Shown here one piece after another: positions 30,573 through 42,880 of a stretch of DNA of 64,000 nucleotides. The notes beneath the pieces were generated by a model. That model saw nothing but the letters and a program-made list of their open reading frames with translations. It was not told the origin of the DNA and did no database searches. Each line of letters opens with the position of its first letter. Position 1 is the first letter of the stretch. A program made the translations under genes and the position numbers. The DNA is from Savitreella phatthalungensis (taxonomy: Eukaryota): the NCBI GenBank assembly GCA_051599415.1, contig AP039708.1, positions 186,001-250,000 on the forward strand. Reading direction: 5' to 3'.

Positions 30573-32023
30573 ATGGTGCCGATACTCCAGCTGCTGGCAA
30601 CGGCACTCGCAAGTCTGCTGCCGCTGTCGCTGCACGCATCCGTGTCGACGCCACTCGGGGACATCCGTGCTGATGTAGACATCTCGGGTGACAAGGTTCC
30701 AGCCGGGTTGACTCTGGAGTTTGCGACGATGGAGGTCGATCGTGGAAGTGTGCCTGTCCACTCGATCCTGCTCGAGACCGCCAGCAGGCAGACGGCCAAA
30801 AAGAACCTGACCCTGCCAATCGCCAACGACGGCAAGGATATCGTCTACTTCATCCAGTTCGGCGTCGGTACGCCACCACAGTCGATGACGGCAGTCATCG
30901 ACACGGGTTCACACATTTTCTGGCTGCCGGGAAAGGCGTGCAAGGACGCGGCATGTATGAAACACACAACGTTCGATCCCTCAAAATCATCAACCTTCGT
31001 ACCAGACAACACCACCTGGGACATCACCTACGCAGCAGGCCAATCCTCAGGCACCGTCGGTCACGACGTCCTTCAGCTAGGCTCGGGCTCGACGGGCGCC
31101 AAGAAGGCGACCTTCGGTGTGGCCGATCACGTGGATGACAGTTTTGCTGCACTCGCGTCAGACGCAGTGATTGGGTTGTCTCCAAGGCAGGACTCACAGA
31201 TCGGGCTCACCTTCCTAGAGGGACTCCGGCAAGCAGGCTCGATCGAGAAGCTCATCTTCGGACTCGACATGGAGCGCGGGGTCGACTACGGCACCCAGGG
31301 AGGCCGGATCTCGTTCGGAGGCGTAGACAAGGCGAACGACAGGCCAGACACCTGGGCACTCATGTACAACCGGGAGTTCTGGAAGGGAGACAAGGCGCTG
31401 TGGGTGGTGGCGGCAGGGATGGTGACTGTGGATGGTGGGGCGATCTTGAAGAACTCCGAGATCGCAGACGACACAGAGACATACACAGCACTCATCGATA
31501 CAGGAACCACCATGATCTACCTCCCGCAGGAAGCAGCAGTCAGGTTTCATGCTTCAATCAGGGGAGCCGTCTACGACACAGACCTACAGACCTTCATCGT
31601 ACCCTGCAACCTCTCAACACAAGTCAGAGTCTGGATCGGCCATACACCAATCGCGATCGATCCTAGGGATATCATTCTTGCACCCAGGTCGAAATCCAGG
31701 AATGAGTGCTATTCGTCCGTCGGCAGCACGAGCGGCATGGGGGTGAGTGAATCACACAGGCGATTTGAGAGTGTTGATGCACAGATGACTGACATGGGGA
31801 AAAATTTAGTTGGGAGAGTACGAGATGCTTCTAGGCGCAGCGTTCATCAAGAACGTTCACATCTTCTTCGACGTGAGTCTTCGCGTCCAGTCAATCAAAG
31901 GGGCCAAAATGATACTGACATTTGCATTAGTTGGAGGCACAGCAGGTTGGTCTGGCGAGCAAGATCGAAGTCACAGACACCAAGTGGACTGGAGGTCACG
32001 GGAACAAATTCGACGAGCGATAG
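30573..32023 (+). CDS. Secreted pepsin-like (A1) aspartic protease; introns 31743-31809 and 31873-31930
   Basis: Signal peptide and both catalytic motifs (IDTGS, IDTGT). Two GTGAGT..ACTGAC..TAG introns restore LLGAAFIKNVHIFFD-LEAQQVGLA; stop at 32023. Confidence 0.9.
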
Positions 32024-32368
32024 TCAAGGATATAGAAGGGGGTTTGTAACAGGGGGTTTAGTCAAATTGACAGATTGCCACCTCGGGTGTCGTCGTAGGG
32101 GCACATAGCTGGAGTAACCGAGTGGGACGGAGGAGTCTGGCTATATGTATGCTCTAAGAGCGAAAGTCGCTGGCCACCTGCGCAGTGACGCGGTTTTCCA
32201 GATTTGGTTCCGTGGCCCAATGGTCAAGGCGTCCGACTACGAGACTGCTTCTGAAAATTGAAGCACTCGATATCGGGAGATTGCGTGTTCGAGTCATGCC
32301 GGAATCGACCTTTCTTTTTAATATTTTTATTCTTCATCTTTATCTATCCGGCAACGTGCAGACAGAGC

Positions 32369-32529
32369 AAGACTCGCTCGGTGTCATCATGATCGTCGTC
32401 AGTCGTCAAGGTCACCTACACTTGAATGTGTTACTATTTAGAGAGAAAAAAGACTCGCTCGGTGTCATCATGATCGTCGTCAGTCGTCAAAGTCACCTCG
32501 ACTTTGCATGTGTTACTATTTTGAGAGAG
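32369..32529. repeat. Imperfect tandem duplication, 81-nt period, two copies
   Basis: aagactcgctcggtgtcatcatgatcgtcgtcagtcgtcaa(g/a)gtcacct...atgtgttactattt occurs at 32369 and 32450. Confidence 0.9.
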
Positions 32530-34493
32530 AGATTGCGGAATGAACGATATCTGTTAAGGACGATCGGTCTTTTGAAGCAAGAGTCAGTGGTGAAGTGTGG
32601 TTGATGATCCGCTGCGTCTTAATTCACCCGATTGATCTAGCCGCAGATCAACTCTGACGTGACCTGGCTCATTCTCAGTTGACGTCTAATTCGATGATGT
32701 CGCTGATGACGTGCAGGCGTGCAAGCGCGTTCATTCGATCTCCCTGTCATGTCTGGTGACTGACCCCTTGCCGGAAGACGGATGCGCAGTCTGCCCTTCT
32801 GTCTCGCCCGAATGGATCGACTAGATCTTCCATGACGGAGCGTGCGTAACTCCTGGATCGAATTTCCCTTCGATCATTCTGGGCGATGATTGAGCTTTCG
32901 AATCCATTCAGCGTTCACAAAAGGGGTTGTTACTGAGCGGGAGTTTGGGAGACGTGCGCCTCTGTTGACATATACGCCAACCTAGGTAGAAATTCAAATA
33001 GGCGCATTCGTCTCCGATAGATTGCATTCTAATGAGTTTCAAAAGTTTGACCCTTGCTAGAGCCAATTTGTATGGTTGCCATGGACGCTTCTCCTGGAAT
33101 GATTGGCAGGTTTCGGGTATTTGTGGCTCATCTATCTGGGTCAGGCTGATCTATTTCTGAACCAGCCTCCTGCATAGAGTAATCACCAGGGTCACGTCAC
33201 TTTCGAAGTAAGTATACCCTCGAATTGGCCTACGATAGAGCCAAATTTCGAACTTGCTCTTGCTTTTGCGCTTTGCTTGGCGGGAGGCGAAGCATACATT
33301 CCTCCGATGTGAGTGGAGAGGTCACGCACCTACCCACCCCGTCAAGTAATTTACCCAGCGGGCAAACCTTCAGAGATAGCTCAGCAAGCATAGGTCAAAG
33401 TGGTTTCCGAGCGGGTAACAATTGACTCCTTCACTCCTGATTGTTTCAGGTATGTGCATGGGTCGGGCATTTCAGCGATGCAGGCTCACCCACATGGAAA
33501 TTCAGGAGTAGAATGACCTGGGCCCAGTCAGAACGCGAAATGACCTGAATGGGTTCTCAATCTGGCCGAAACAGAAAGGAGTCAACGTTGATGCGCAGCT
33601 ACGTAAGACTCACACACCATATACAGAAAGGGTCAAACTCTTAAAGACTGGAGACGGTGAAGAAGAGATAAAAATAAAAGACAATGAGGGAGAAGTGAAC
33701 CCAAAGGGGAATCAAAGGAATGGACAAGCCTCTGGAGATGGGAAGATTACTTTTCTTCTTCTGCTTCTTCTTCTTCTTCCTTTCAATGACTATGGAGAAG
33801 AGAAAGGAAAGGAAAATAGTCCGAGTGCAGCAGTGAATGTAAACAGATCAACGCCTAGGCTAGCTTCGACCCGCATGACATACAGACCACGCGCTCATCC
33901 ACGCATCCATGCACGCATCCACGCAGGCAGGTAAGCAAGCGAAAGGGAAAAAATAGAAACCTTAGGCTGTAGGCACGATAGTCTGGTTCAATCTCAGGTG
34001 CAATCTATTCCATTCTATTGTAATCTCTTGCGTTGCCTTGCAGGTCATCCAAACGATTCCTCTCATTCAGTCAATCACTCACTCACTCGCTCACGAGGTC
34101 ACTTACACATACTCACGTACACACTCACTCCAAGGGTTACATCCTAGCCCTTCGTCGCATCACCTCCCCATCACCATCAACATCACCATCGATACACATC
34201 CTCACATCCTCACATCCACGCACACGCCTACACTCCCATCCAACCACAACATCCTCTCATACACACTCTCGCTCGCTCACATACATCCAGCGCAACAACA
34301 ATCACCAACTCGAAAGAACTCTCCTGATAGACACGTCACAGACTTATCACAAGCGATAGAAGCGATTTACTCTCACTTAGTCACTCTCTAATCACAAAAA
34401 AGTCGCTCTCTCGAAGCATACCACCCTCTCCTCTCCTCTCTCTCCTCTCCCGCCTTCTTTCGACGCTTCATCCTCTGCTCATACCACACCAGA

Positions 34494-35855
34494 ATGAAGA
34501 GCGCGATCCTTTCATTGATCGCTATCGCTGCGGCAGTGCCAGCAGGTGCACATGGACACGGTCATGATCACGCAAAGCGCATGCACAAGCACGTCAAGCG
34601 TGAGGCAGACTACGTCGTCGTCTACGAGACAGTCACAGTCAACTCTGACGGTGTCAGAGTCGGCACTGCAACCGGTACCTCCACCGTCTACGACCTTACC
34701 ACAGCAGTCGTCGCCGGACCAGTCGACACTCCCAAACCCAAGCAGTCCTCCTCAACAGCACCGGCTGCGATCACACCGGCAGCAGTGACAACGCCCATTG
34801 CACAGGACGCTCAAAAGGTTGCGCAGAATACCCTGCCCGCTGCTGCAGCAACCACGCCGGCAGCAGCCACAACTTCTTCAGCAAAGCCTGCCGCCGCTCC
34901 GGCAAATTCAGGAGCATCTACCGGCTCCTCTTCTTCATCATCCAACAGCGGCTCGATCATCGGATCGACATCCGGCAGCACAGGCAGCGGCATCGCTGGC
35001 AACGTCGCTCTCTCTGCCGGAACGCTCACCAACCCGCTCGGCAACTACGCTAACCCGTCCGTCAAGTTCGTCGATGGATTCTACCCCTGTGGATCTCCAC
35101 CGCTCGCCATGCAGGGTGTCCTCTCCCTCCCATACCTCGGCATGGCAGGTTTTACATCCCTCCAGATCGGCAACGCTGGCGGATCACAGTGCACTCCCGG
35201 TACATACTGCTCGTACGCCTGCCAGCCAGGTATGCTCAAGACGCAGTGGCCATCCTCACAGCCGTCCGACGGACAGTCCCGTGGTGGTTTGATGTGCAAG
35301 GACGACGGCTTCCTCTACCGCACGAACCAGAACACCGACTACCTTTGCGAGTGGGGTTACGAGGGCGCGTACGTCACGAACTCGATCTCCCAGGGCGTCG
35401 CCATCTGCCAAACCGACTACCCTGGATCTGAGAACATGGACCTGCCGACCTGGGCAGCTGCCGGTGCACAGGATGTTCCGCTCTCCGTCGTCAACCAGGC
35501 AACCTATTACCAGTGGCAGGGCAAGCCGACCTCCTCCCAGTTCTACGTCAACAAGGCCGGTGTCTCGCAGAGCCAAGGATGCCAGTGGAACTCGCCAGGC
35601 TCCAACATGGGCAACTTTGCACCGCTCATCTTTGGCGCAGGCTACGTGCCTTCCGACGGCATCTCCTACCTCTCGATCACCAAGAACCCGGAGTCCACAG
35701 ACGTTGCAAACTACTCGGTCACCTTCAAGGCGCGTCAGGGATCCCAGCTCAACGGTGACTGCGTCTACAGCAATGGCGCATTCTCAGGCTCGTCCGCCAC
35801 CGCCAACGGCTGCACCGTCGGCTGCAAGGGCGCCTGCGAGTACGTCATCTACTGA
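34494..35855 (+). CDS. SUN-family (GH132; Psu1/Sim1/Uth1-like) cell-wall protein
   Basis: Signal peptide, KR site, Ser/Thr linker, CSYACQPGM.KTQWP..QP, GGL.C and C.TDYPGSENM. Confidence 0.95.
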   Translation: MKSAILSLIAIAAAVPAGAHGHGHDHAKRMHKHVKREADYVVVYETVTVNSDGVRVGTATGTSTVYDLTTAVVAGPVDTPKPKQSSSTAPAAITPAAVTTPIAQDAQKVAQNTLPAAAATTPAAATTSSAKPAAAPANSGASTGSSSSSSNSGSIIGSTSGSTGSGIAGNVALSAGTLTNPLGNYANPSVKFVDGFYPCGSPPLAMQGVLSLPYLGMAGFTSLQIGNAGGSQCTPGTYCSYACQPGMLKTQWPSSQPSDGQSRGGLMCKDDGFLYRTNQNTDYLCEWGYEGAYVTNSISQGVAICQTDYPGSENMDLPTWAAAGAQDVPLSVVNQATYYQWQGKPTSSQFYVNKAGVSQSQGCQWNSPGSNMGNFAPLIFGAGYVPSDGISYLSITKNPESTDVANYSVTFKARQGSQLNGDCVYSNGAFSGSSATANGCTVGCKGACEYVIY

Positions 35856-36193
35856 GCGAGCCTTCTTCCCCAAATCAAAACCTCTTTGCTCTCTTCTCAA
35901 ACAAGCCTTGCAAATACTCGCTTCCCGGGGTACACCGATCGTGTCATTACAGGCGATCCTCTTCCCCTTCTTCCTCTTTCCCTTTCATCCTTTAAGACCA
36001 TTCTATTAGCGCAAGCACGAGCGCGTCCGCGTGACTATGTGACTACCTGACCTTGATCGAGCGATCGCGCGATCGGGCATGACTTCCGATCGATTGCTGT
36101 GTGTACTGTGTGTATGACCTCTACTCCTGATCAGGCTGATCAGGGTGGCAGGTATAGGACGTCAGTCCATCGTCCTCGACACATCCCCAAACG

Positions 36194-37624
36194 ATGTTTC
36201 TGGGCATCCTGGCAGTGGCAATCGCAGCCGTCGTCTCCGTCCTCGGTTCAAGCTCAGATGACTCCACCGACAGATCGCCTCCGTCGTCCTCTCCCGACAA
36301 CCTGTACCTTCGCCACTTCCACAACTGGGGCCTCTCACGCATCACAAACCGCGCACCCAACCCTCTTCCACGCAGCAACCCCTCCCACGACCTAGACACC
36401 GATGACTCAGACGACACCCACGAAAGCGACCAACTCCAACCATCCATTCCGCCATCGACCACGCCTTCCTACCCGGTCGACCAGTCACCTAGCGGCTACG
36501 ACGGCGACGCCGAGGACTCCCTCGGCTCCACCGACTCCTGGCGCGCTCGCTCTCGTTCTCGCTCTCGCTCTCGATCGTCTCCGGTGTCGGTGTTCCAGGG
36601 TGACGCTGGTCAAGGCAGGCTGAGCGGTGTGGAGCGACGTGGTGCGGCGGGCGTGTACGACGTCCGGGGGAGCTCGGTGCTGACGGGTCAGGGCGCGTAC
36701 GTGTACGTTTTCGACACGGGCGTGAGTGCGGTCGCCAGCATGAACGTGGAATCACCCGTGTGGGCTGACTTCCGTGGTCTCAAACCACGCACCGACTCGG
36801 ATACGTCCGACGACGAAGCGGTCCACACCAACGCCCCAAACGCAGCAACCATCGCAGCCACCGACTACGCAGGACACGGCACCGCCGTCGCAGCACTCGT
36901 CGCCTCCACCGCCCACGGCGTCGCCACAGGCGCAACCGTGGTGAGCGTGGGCGTGATGGGTGGGCTGACGCTCGAGGCCGGGAGGGTGAGTCGATTGGTT
37001 TGGGCTGTGGATGCGGCCGTGTACGACTTCACCCGCCGTGACGGTGGTAGCTCCCGTGGCGCAGCCCTTTTCCTCTTCTCCATCTCCTGGCTCAAGCGCG
37101 ACCACTACATCCTAGGCAACGCCATCGATGCACTAGCCAACCACCCACGCATCTACACCGTCGCAGCAGCAGGTCAGACCGCCAGAGACGCATGCTCCAG
37201 GTACCCAGCAGGCTCACCGGCCGTCATCGCAGTCGCGGGGCTCACCTACTGGACCGGGTACGACGGCGACGGCCTTAGGCAACCTGAGATGTCCTTCACC
37301 GATGTGTTCTGGGATCGCTCGGCAAGGGGCAGGTGTGTTGATATCCTGGCGCCGGCGACCGTGCTCACGAGTGTTGCGCCCCGGGCTCCAGGGGGGATGG
37401 GTGGTGGGGTGGAGGAAGAGATGGTGGTGTGCTCGGGAACGAGTTTCGCAGCGGCCCTCGTCGCAGGCGTCGTCGCAGCCTGGAGCGTTCACCCGGCACA
37501 CACATCCATCTGGTCGATCGATCACATGCGCACCTGGCTCAAGGTCAATGCGGACACGTCCGCAGTCGTCGATCGACTTCCACGAGACACCACGGGCGAC
37601 GTCGTTCAGTTGCTTCCAGGGTAA
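36194..37624 (+). CDS. Divergent secreted subtilisin-like (S8) protease
   Basis: Signal peptide, VFDTGV (Asp), GHGT.VA (His), SGTSFAA (Ser) and G.CVDILAP. Confidence 0.8.
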   Translation: MFLGILAVAIAAVVSVLGSSSDDSTDRSPPSSSPDNLYLRHFHNWGLSRITNRAPNPLPRSNPSHDLDTDDSDDTHESDQLQPSIPPSTTPSYPVDQSPSGYDGDAEDSLGSTDSWRARSRSRSRSRSSPVSVFQGDAGQGRLSGVERRGAAGVYDVRGSSVLTGQGAYVYVFDTGVSAVASMNVESPVWADFRGLKPRTDSDTSDDEAVHTNAPNAATIAATDYAGHGTAVAALVASTAHGVATGATVVSVGVMGGLTLEAGRVSRLVWAVDAAVYDFTRRDGGSSRGAALFLFSISWLKRDHYILGNAIDALANHPRIYTVAAAGQTARDACSRYPAGSPAVIAVAGLTYWTGYDGDGLRQPEMSFTDVFWDRSARGRCVDILAPATVLTSVAPRAPGGMGGGVEEEMVVCSGTSFAAALVAGVVAAWSVHPAHTSIWSIDHMRTWLKVNADTSAVVDRLPRDTTGDVVQLLPG

Positions 37625-37778
37625 CAGATCGTATCGTGTGCATGCATGGCAATGGTCATTCCTGTCAAATCTGTGAAAGGCTCTTTAGAGCTGTGTAGGG
37701 CCGTGTGAGTTGTGTGTTGGTCGTGTCAAGTGTCTTGAAGAGAGTAGAGACTGAGAGAGGGCGGTCATGAGATCTACG

Positions 37779-38813
37779 TCAGAGTGCGAGCGATAGCTTG
37801 CTCGAGAGGGTGTCAATCGGCTCGGGCGTTGAGCGACGAAGGAGGCCGAGTTCGAGCACCGAGCGAGCCTTTCTACGTCGACGAGCTGCAAAGTTGATCA
37901 GGTCATCCACGTGTGAGGACTGTGCGGCTGCAGCGACGAGCTCGTCCACAGGAGGTGGTCCACGCGGCTGTCTTTGCGGATGACCATCCTTCGGCGGCGT
38001 GCTCGTCCGGAGAGCAAATGACGAGCCAACGCTGCTAGCGACAGACGCCTGCGACCCCTGCTTCTCCATCGGTGCAAACGATATCGATGGCTTTCTCCTC
38101 CGATCCGTGGAATCTGGTGTCGCGAGACCCGTGGAACTAGCAACACGGGAGCCGTGCTTCGATGTGGACGTGGGCGTTTTGACGGACGCAGATGCGGATG
38201 CGGCGTACATCATCTGCTGCTGCAACTGCCAGTGGAGCACCTGCTCCTGCGTGGCCTGGCTGAATGTGGGGACGCCGGACGCGTCGTAGGTCGCCTGCAC
38301 GTACCTACAGGAGTTTGTGTCATAGAAGAGCTGCGTATTTTGCGTATTCACGATCGTGGTCGAGATCGGACTCGCCTCGGGAGTGTAAGGAGGTGTACCC
38401 ATTGACGCGTACATCTGAGCGCTGTGTTGCTGCTGCTGCTGCTGCTGGTGCTGCATCAACATCTGCTGCTTCGCCAACAGCATGTTCTGCATGATCAGTT
38501 GCTGCTTCTGCTGCTCGAGTGCAGCAATGTCGGCCACAGACGGCGTCCGTGCATGCGTGCGCGACGTGCTCCGCTGCTGACGTGCTCCGCCAGCGGCAGG
38601 CGCGTCCCCAGGCACAAAGTTGGATGTCCTTGGTGTGGTTCGAATCCGATCAAGCAGCTGTGAGCGTGGTGACTTGACTTCCTCGCCAGGTGCCGCTCCC
38701 GCAGCTTTCACATTCAGGTGTGCGGGGATAGCGGCGAGAGCCTCTGCAGGCTTCAGCTGGACTGATCCTCGTGAGAGACCGCGCGAATGAGTGCGCCTGC
38801 GCGTGTCTGTCAT
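37779..38813 (-). CDS. Gln/Ser-rich protein with C-terminal RQPRGPP..EL...NFA.RRR motif
   Basis: Long ORF with polyQ. The C-terminal motif resembles conserved uncharacterised fungal proteins as I recall them. Confidence 0.7.
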   Translation of the reverse strand: MTDTRRRTHSRGLSRGSVQLKPAEALAAIPAHLNVKAAGAAPGEEVKSPRSQLLDRIRTTPRTSNFVPGDAPAAGGARQQRSTSRTHARTPSVADIAALEQQKQQLIMQNMLLAKQQMLMQHQQQQQQQHSAQMYASMGTPPYTPEASPISTTIVNTQNTQLFYDTNSCRYVQATYDASGVPTFSQATQEQVLHWQLQQQMMYAASASASVKTPTSTSKHGSRVASSTGLATPDSTDRRRKPSISFAPMEKQGSQASVASSVGSSFALRTSTPPKDGHPQRQPRGPPPVDELVAAAAQSSHVDDLINFAARRRRKARSVLELGLLRRSTPEPIDTLSSKLSLAL

Positions 38814-39220
38814 GGTTCTAAAGGAAAGTGTGGATACTAGAGAGTGAAGGGAGGGCGCCTGCCGCCAAAGAGCAGGTGTCTTGCTCTCGTGTTGACCTGT
38901 GCTCTTGTTTCGTGTCACGCCTCTGTGTCTCTCCCAAGCCAGGGGGTCATTCTCGAACTCCTACGGTAGCTATAGCTACTATAAATAACACCAATCCGTC
39001 CAAACTCTGGATGCATGCACGCAATTGAAGAAATCGAAGTCCAAATTCCTCTCACCACTCACTTCTTCCCCTCACTCTCACTGTCACTCAGATATCGACC
39101 GACCCGAGCACGATACACATGCAGCCACAGTCTGGACTGACATAATAGAATCGATCGTAAATCAAATGGTCATTGTCTCTCTGGCTATTCGTCTCTCTTG
39201 CTATTCGTCTCGGCTGTATA

Positions 39221-40414
39221 TTATCCTCGTGGAGTGTTTGCGCCTGATTGGGCTGCTTGTTGTTGATGATGTTGTTGTTGTTGTTGCTGCTGCTGCTGCT
39301 GCTGCTTTTTCTTTGTAAGTTTTGCATAGTGTAGACCGCATGCGTTGCACAAGGTCCGGGCGCCGTCTGGACCACGACGCCATTCGGGTGTCTCACTGAT
39401 GTTGCAGGAGTGGCAGCGACCCGGTGCTGCTTGACGGCTGATCTTGTGGTCATTACTGCCGACACTGGGCACCTGCGACTGGTGAGGTGCGATTGAAGGT
39501 GGCGTCGCATGGGAGGGATATCCCGAGATTGAGGAAGCTCGCGGGAGTGGCGGCAGATGCGTCGGCGGAGGCGGTGCGTGGGTCGAGTAGCTCGCAGCTG
39601 GCGACCTCGCCGGTCCCGGAAATGGCGGCACCGTCACCGACGGTGTCGAGTTCGCACTTGTCCGCACGATGGGCTCGTGCGAGTAGCTGCCATAATGTGC
39701 AGGTGTTATCGACTTGAGCCTTCGCGGGTCGTCGAGATCGTACGGACGAGCCATGGGAGCGGGAGTTCGTGCCTGCACACGGTTCGGCGGTTCGTAGTCA
39801 CGCCAGCTCTCCAGCAGCCGCAACAATTGACGGGCATCCCCGATTGCAACATCAAACTCCGAGACCTCAGGGAATCGCACCGGATAAGGTCCTGTGGTAA
39901 CGGTCGCGAGGCTTTCTGTGCCGCGACCTGGCGCCGCCCGAGCTGCGAAGTGGTACAGCTTGGAGGAGATGTCTGCAGCGTTCTCCATGTCGCGCCTGAA
40001 AGCATTCGCTCTAAGAGCCTCCTGCACAGATGACGCAGAGTCGTGGTTGCTCATGCTGGTGGCCGTCGTGCTGCTGGTGCTGCCAGTGGAAGTGAGGTGC
40101 TTCAGCGGTGGAGCAGGTGGATGATGTTGTCCATGCGCATAAGGGTACGATTGATGATGCTGGGCTGCGTGGGAATGGTGATGTGCGGGTGAGTGGTTAT
40201 CTGAGAAATGGTCGAGCTTCTGTCTCGTGTTGGAAACCAGGACAGGCGACGGACTACGACGACTGAAGATCGAGGGCAAAGGCGGCAACTGTCTTCCCGT
40301 CCTTAGCCCTGTCGAGCTCGTGTCCTTGAGCTCGCCAATGGAATTGCGCTTCTGGGGCAAGTAAGACATTGCTGCGTCTGCAAGCTCGCTCAGGCCAGGA
40401 TTGACCGTCTGCAT
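39221..40414 (-). CDS. GATA zinc-finger transcription factor (NsdD/Brg1-like)
   Basis: CHSCNISETPEWRRGPDGARTLCNACGL (C-x2-C-x18-C-x2-C) and a polyQ tail. Start uncertain; an upstream exon is possible. Confidence 0.88.
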   Translation of the reverse strand: MQTVNPGLSELADAAMSYLPQKRNSIGELKDTSSTGLRTGRQLPPLPSIFSRRSPSPVLVSNTRQKLDHFSDNHSPAHHHSHAAQHHQSYPYAHGQHHPPAPPLKHLTSTGSTSSTTATSMSNHDSASSVQEALRANAFRRDMENAADISSKLYHFAARAAPGRGTESLATVTTGPYPVRFPEVSEFDVAIGDARQLLRLLESWRDYEPPNRVQARTPAPMARPYDLDDPRRLKSITPAHYGSYSHEPIVRTSANSTPSVTVPPFPGPARSPAASYSTHAPPPPTHLPPLPRASSISGYPSHATPPSIAPHQSQVPSVGSNDHKISRQAAPGRCHSCNISETPEWRRGPDGARTLCNACGLHYAKLTKKKQQQQQQQQQQQHHQQQAAQSGANTPRG

Positions 40415-42880
40415 GTGAAGCGAATGAACGGGACTTTTAGTCTCTTCTGGGGAAGCCCCTGACTGTCGCGCAGGTACACGGCGCACGACCTGATTGTACT
40501 ACTAAGCGTGTCGCAAATTGACAATGACTTGCGCGCACGGGGTAGTCGCGTTTGAGAGTAAGCCGGCCTGGCTAATTGTTTCGTAAAAGCAGGTGTCGGC
40601 ACAATTAAGAAAGAGGTATGAGAGGAAGCGCTTTACGTGCGTGTCGCAGCAAAGAGTGTTTGAAGAGTTGTCCTGATGAGATGAGATGTCTGGAATTGGT
40701 GAGGTGACAAGAGATGTGGTAACGATGGACTTTCTACAATCTTCTCTGGCTTGAGTGCATCCACCGGAAGGATGAGGCAGCGATGCTTGGTTTGACGTGC
40801 AGCAAACACAGAGCGGCGAGCAAGAAAGGGAATTGGAGGCCCAATGCAGCCTTCACTCAGTAGCGTCCAGCGGGACTCAGGGTCACAAGCAGGTCGGAAA
40901 ACTGTTGTGAGCAGCTCGGTTAGGTAACGGGAGGTCTGTGTGGAATTGAGGGAGCGCTCTTCCTCTCCTTGTCACTAATGTGCCTGCAATCTGGCTGTCA
41001 GTCGATCTGTCGCGACTGATTGACCTTTCACTGACGGAGTGACTGCTGTGTTGTCGGTCGAGTGAGCTGCAGCTGTAGCTACTCTTGCAGCACTCGCTGT
41101 AGAGCTAGCGCTAGATTAATTGCCGTTGTCTAGATTGCTGGGCTGACCGCGGACTGAAGCACAGTGCAGTACAGGATAGTATACAATACAGCAGACGGAT
41201 GACGGGCGTGTGTTGTGTGCTGTCTGAGCTTTTAGTCAATCGATCGGAAGGAGGGAAAGGAGGAAGGTGGGTTTGGATGCTGTGGGTGAATCTGATCTGA
41301 TCTATGACTCGTCCATTGACTATTTTACCCTTGATCGACGATGCTCTGACAAGGGTCAATCTGATGATTTCAGATTTCAACATTTTACAGGTTAAATTTC
41401 AGACTCCAGATTAATGAGTGCTGACTATGACCAGCACAATACACCAGATTGTCAGACTACTCCCGGCTACAGGACTGACTGTCAGACAATCTTTTTCGAA
41501 GAAGAAATTCTCCCTCGCGTCTTCACTTAGTCACTATGGATAGAGCTCTTGCCATGAGTTGTCTCGATCTCTTCGCTCTACGTCGCTGCAAGAATCCCTG
41601 TTGTCTCCTATATTCAATCGGCCTGATCTCTGTGGCTCAAGATCGAGATGAGAGTGATGAAGAGCGATTGAACGAGTACGAAGATAGTGAGCGATGATGG
41701 TACGTCAGAGGATGTATAGCCAAACACCGTGTAAATCAATTTGGCCGCAAAAGTGTTGAGCGAGAAGCTCTTGTGGAGTTCAGATCTCGATCGTCCAGAT
41801 TAACATAAGTTGCACCTTTGAGTTCAGTCTATTTGTTGGCAATCCAGCACGGGTCAAACAGTCGAAGATTCGATCGACACGCGTCTGATTCAATCTTCTC
41901 GCCAACGCATCGTGCAAAAGCCATTCTGATCAATCGCATGCCTTTGGGATGGCCAGTGATCGCCGTCGACCACCCTGAGATCCAGGTATCGCTCATCCTG
42001 AGACAACCCAACAGCTCATTCAACTCGTGCCATCTCGATCGATGGGCCAGATCCCTCCGGATCACTCAACGAGGGGCTTCCATCTAACCTATCGCAGATC
42101 TATTAAATCGATCGACGTCCTTACACCTGACGCAGATCCATCTAGCCTGGCTTTCATAATCGACAAAAATATAGTGACTTACTGAAATCTTGTATGTAAG
42201 AGATTGAAACAATTGACTTTCGTCCCAGCCCGGGCTCGGACCCAAATTCGCACCCGATTTGAAGCACCGCGGTCACGGCCAGGTCTAAATTTCCCTCGGG
42301 AGTGGGGTGTCAGCTTTTGACCCACCTCAGGTCCCTTATGCGTCATTGACAGGCGCCTCCCGCATAAGTAAGCAGAAAGGAGCTTGAATTGATTTCTATC
42401 TCCTTCAATCACGAGTGACCCGAGATAGAAGAGCGTCGTGGATCGACCCCGAATTCGACATGCAACCATTGCTGTGGTGCCTGTGGTTTCTGACCACACT
42501 AATTTCACATCAGCTTTCTCGCAAGGATATTCCACATTCGCGGACAAACACCTTAAAAAAGCCCGGAGCAATCAAAAAGGTCGAATCGAATGTCTGAGCG
42601 TCTCTGCCAGTCCTGTCTCGGTGCGGGTCTCATCTAGGGTACATTGTTTGTTGAATCGCCATGCGGGCTAGCTAGCCAAAGGTGAGAGGACGCGGCATGG
42701 ACCGCATGAACGGGTGGATCCATTGTGTGAATGGATGGCAATGCAAAGAAATATGTGAGACAGCTCGGGTGAGTCGCGTGAAATGATTCACACTGCTCAT
42801 GATGCACATACCCACCACCAGACGCAAAAGTCTGCGTAGAACGGTACAAGACTCTCGTGAAGCGGACCGGGCTGGTCCGG

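Noticed and set aside
31743..32108. Apparent frameshifted or aberrant C-terminus of the aspartic protease
   Set aside because: Resolved by two canonical introns; not a pseudogene or recoding event.
32369..32529. CRISPR-like repeat
   Set aside because: Only two long copies, no spacer series, eukaryotic context and no cas genes.
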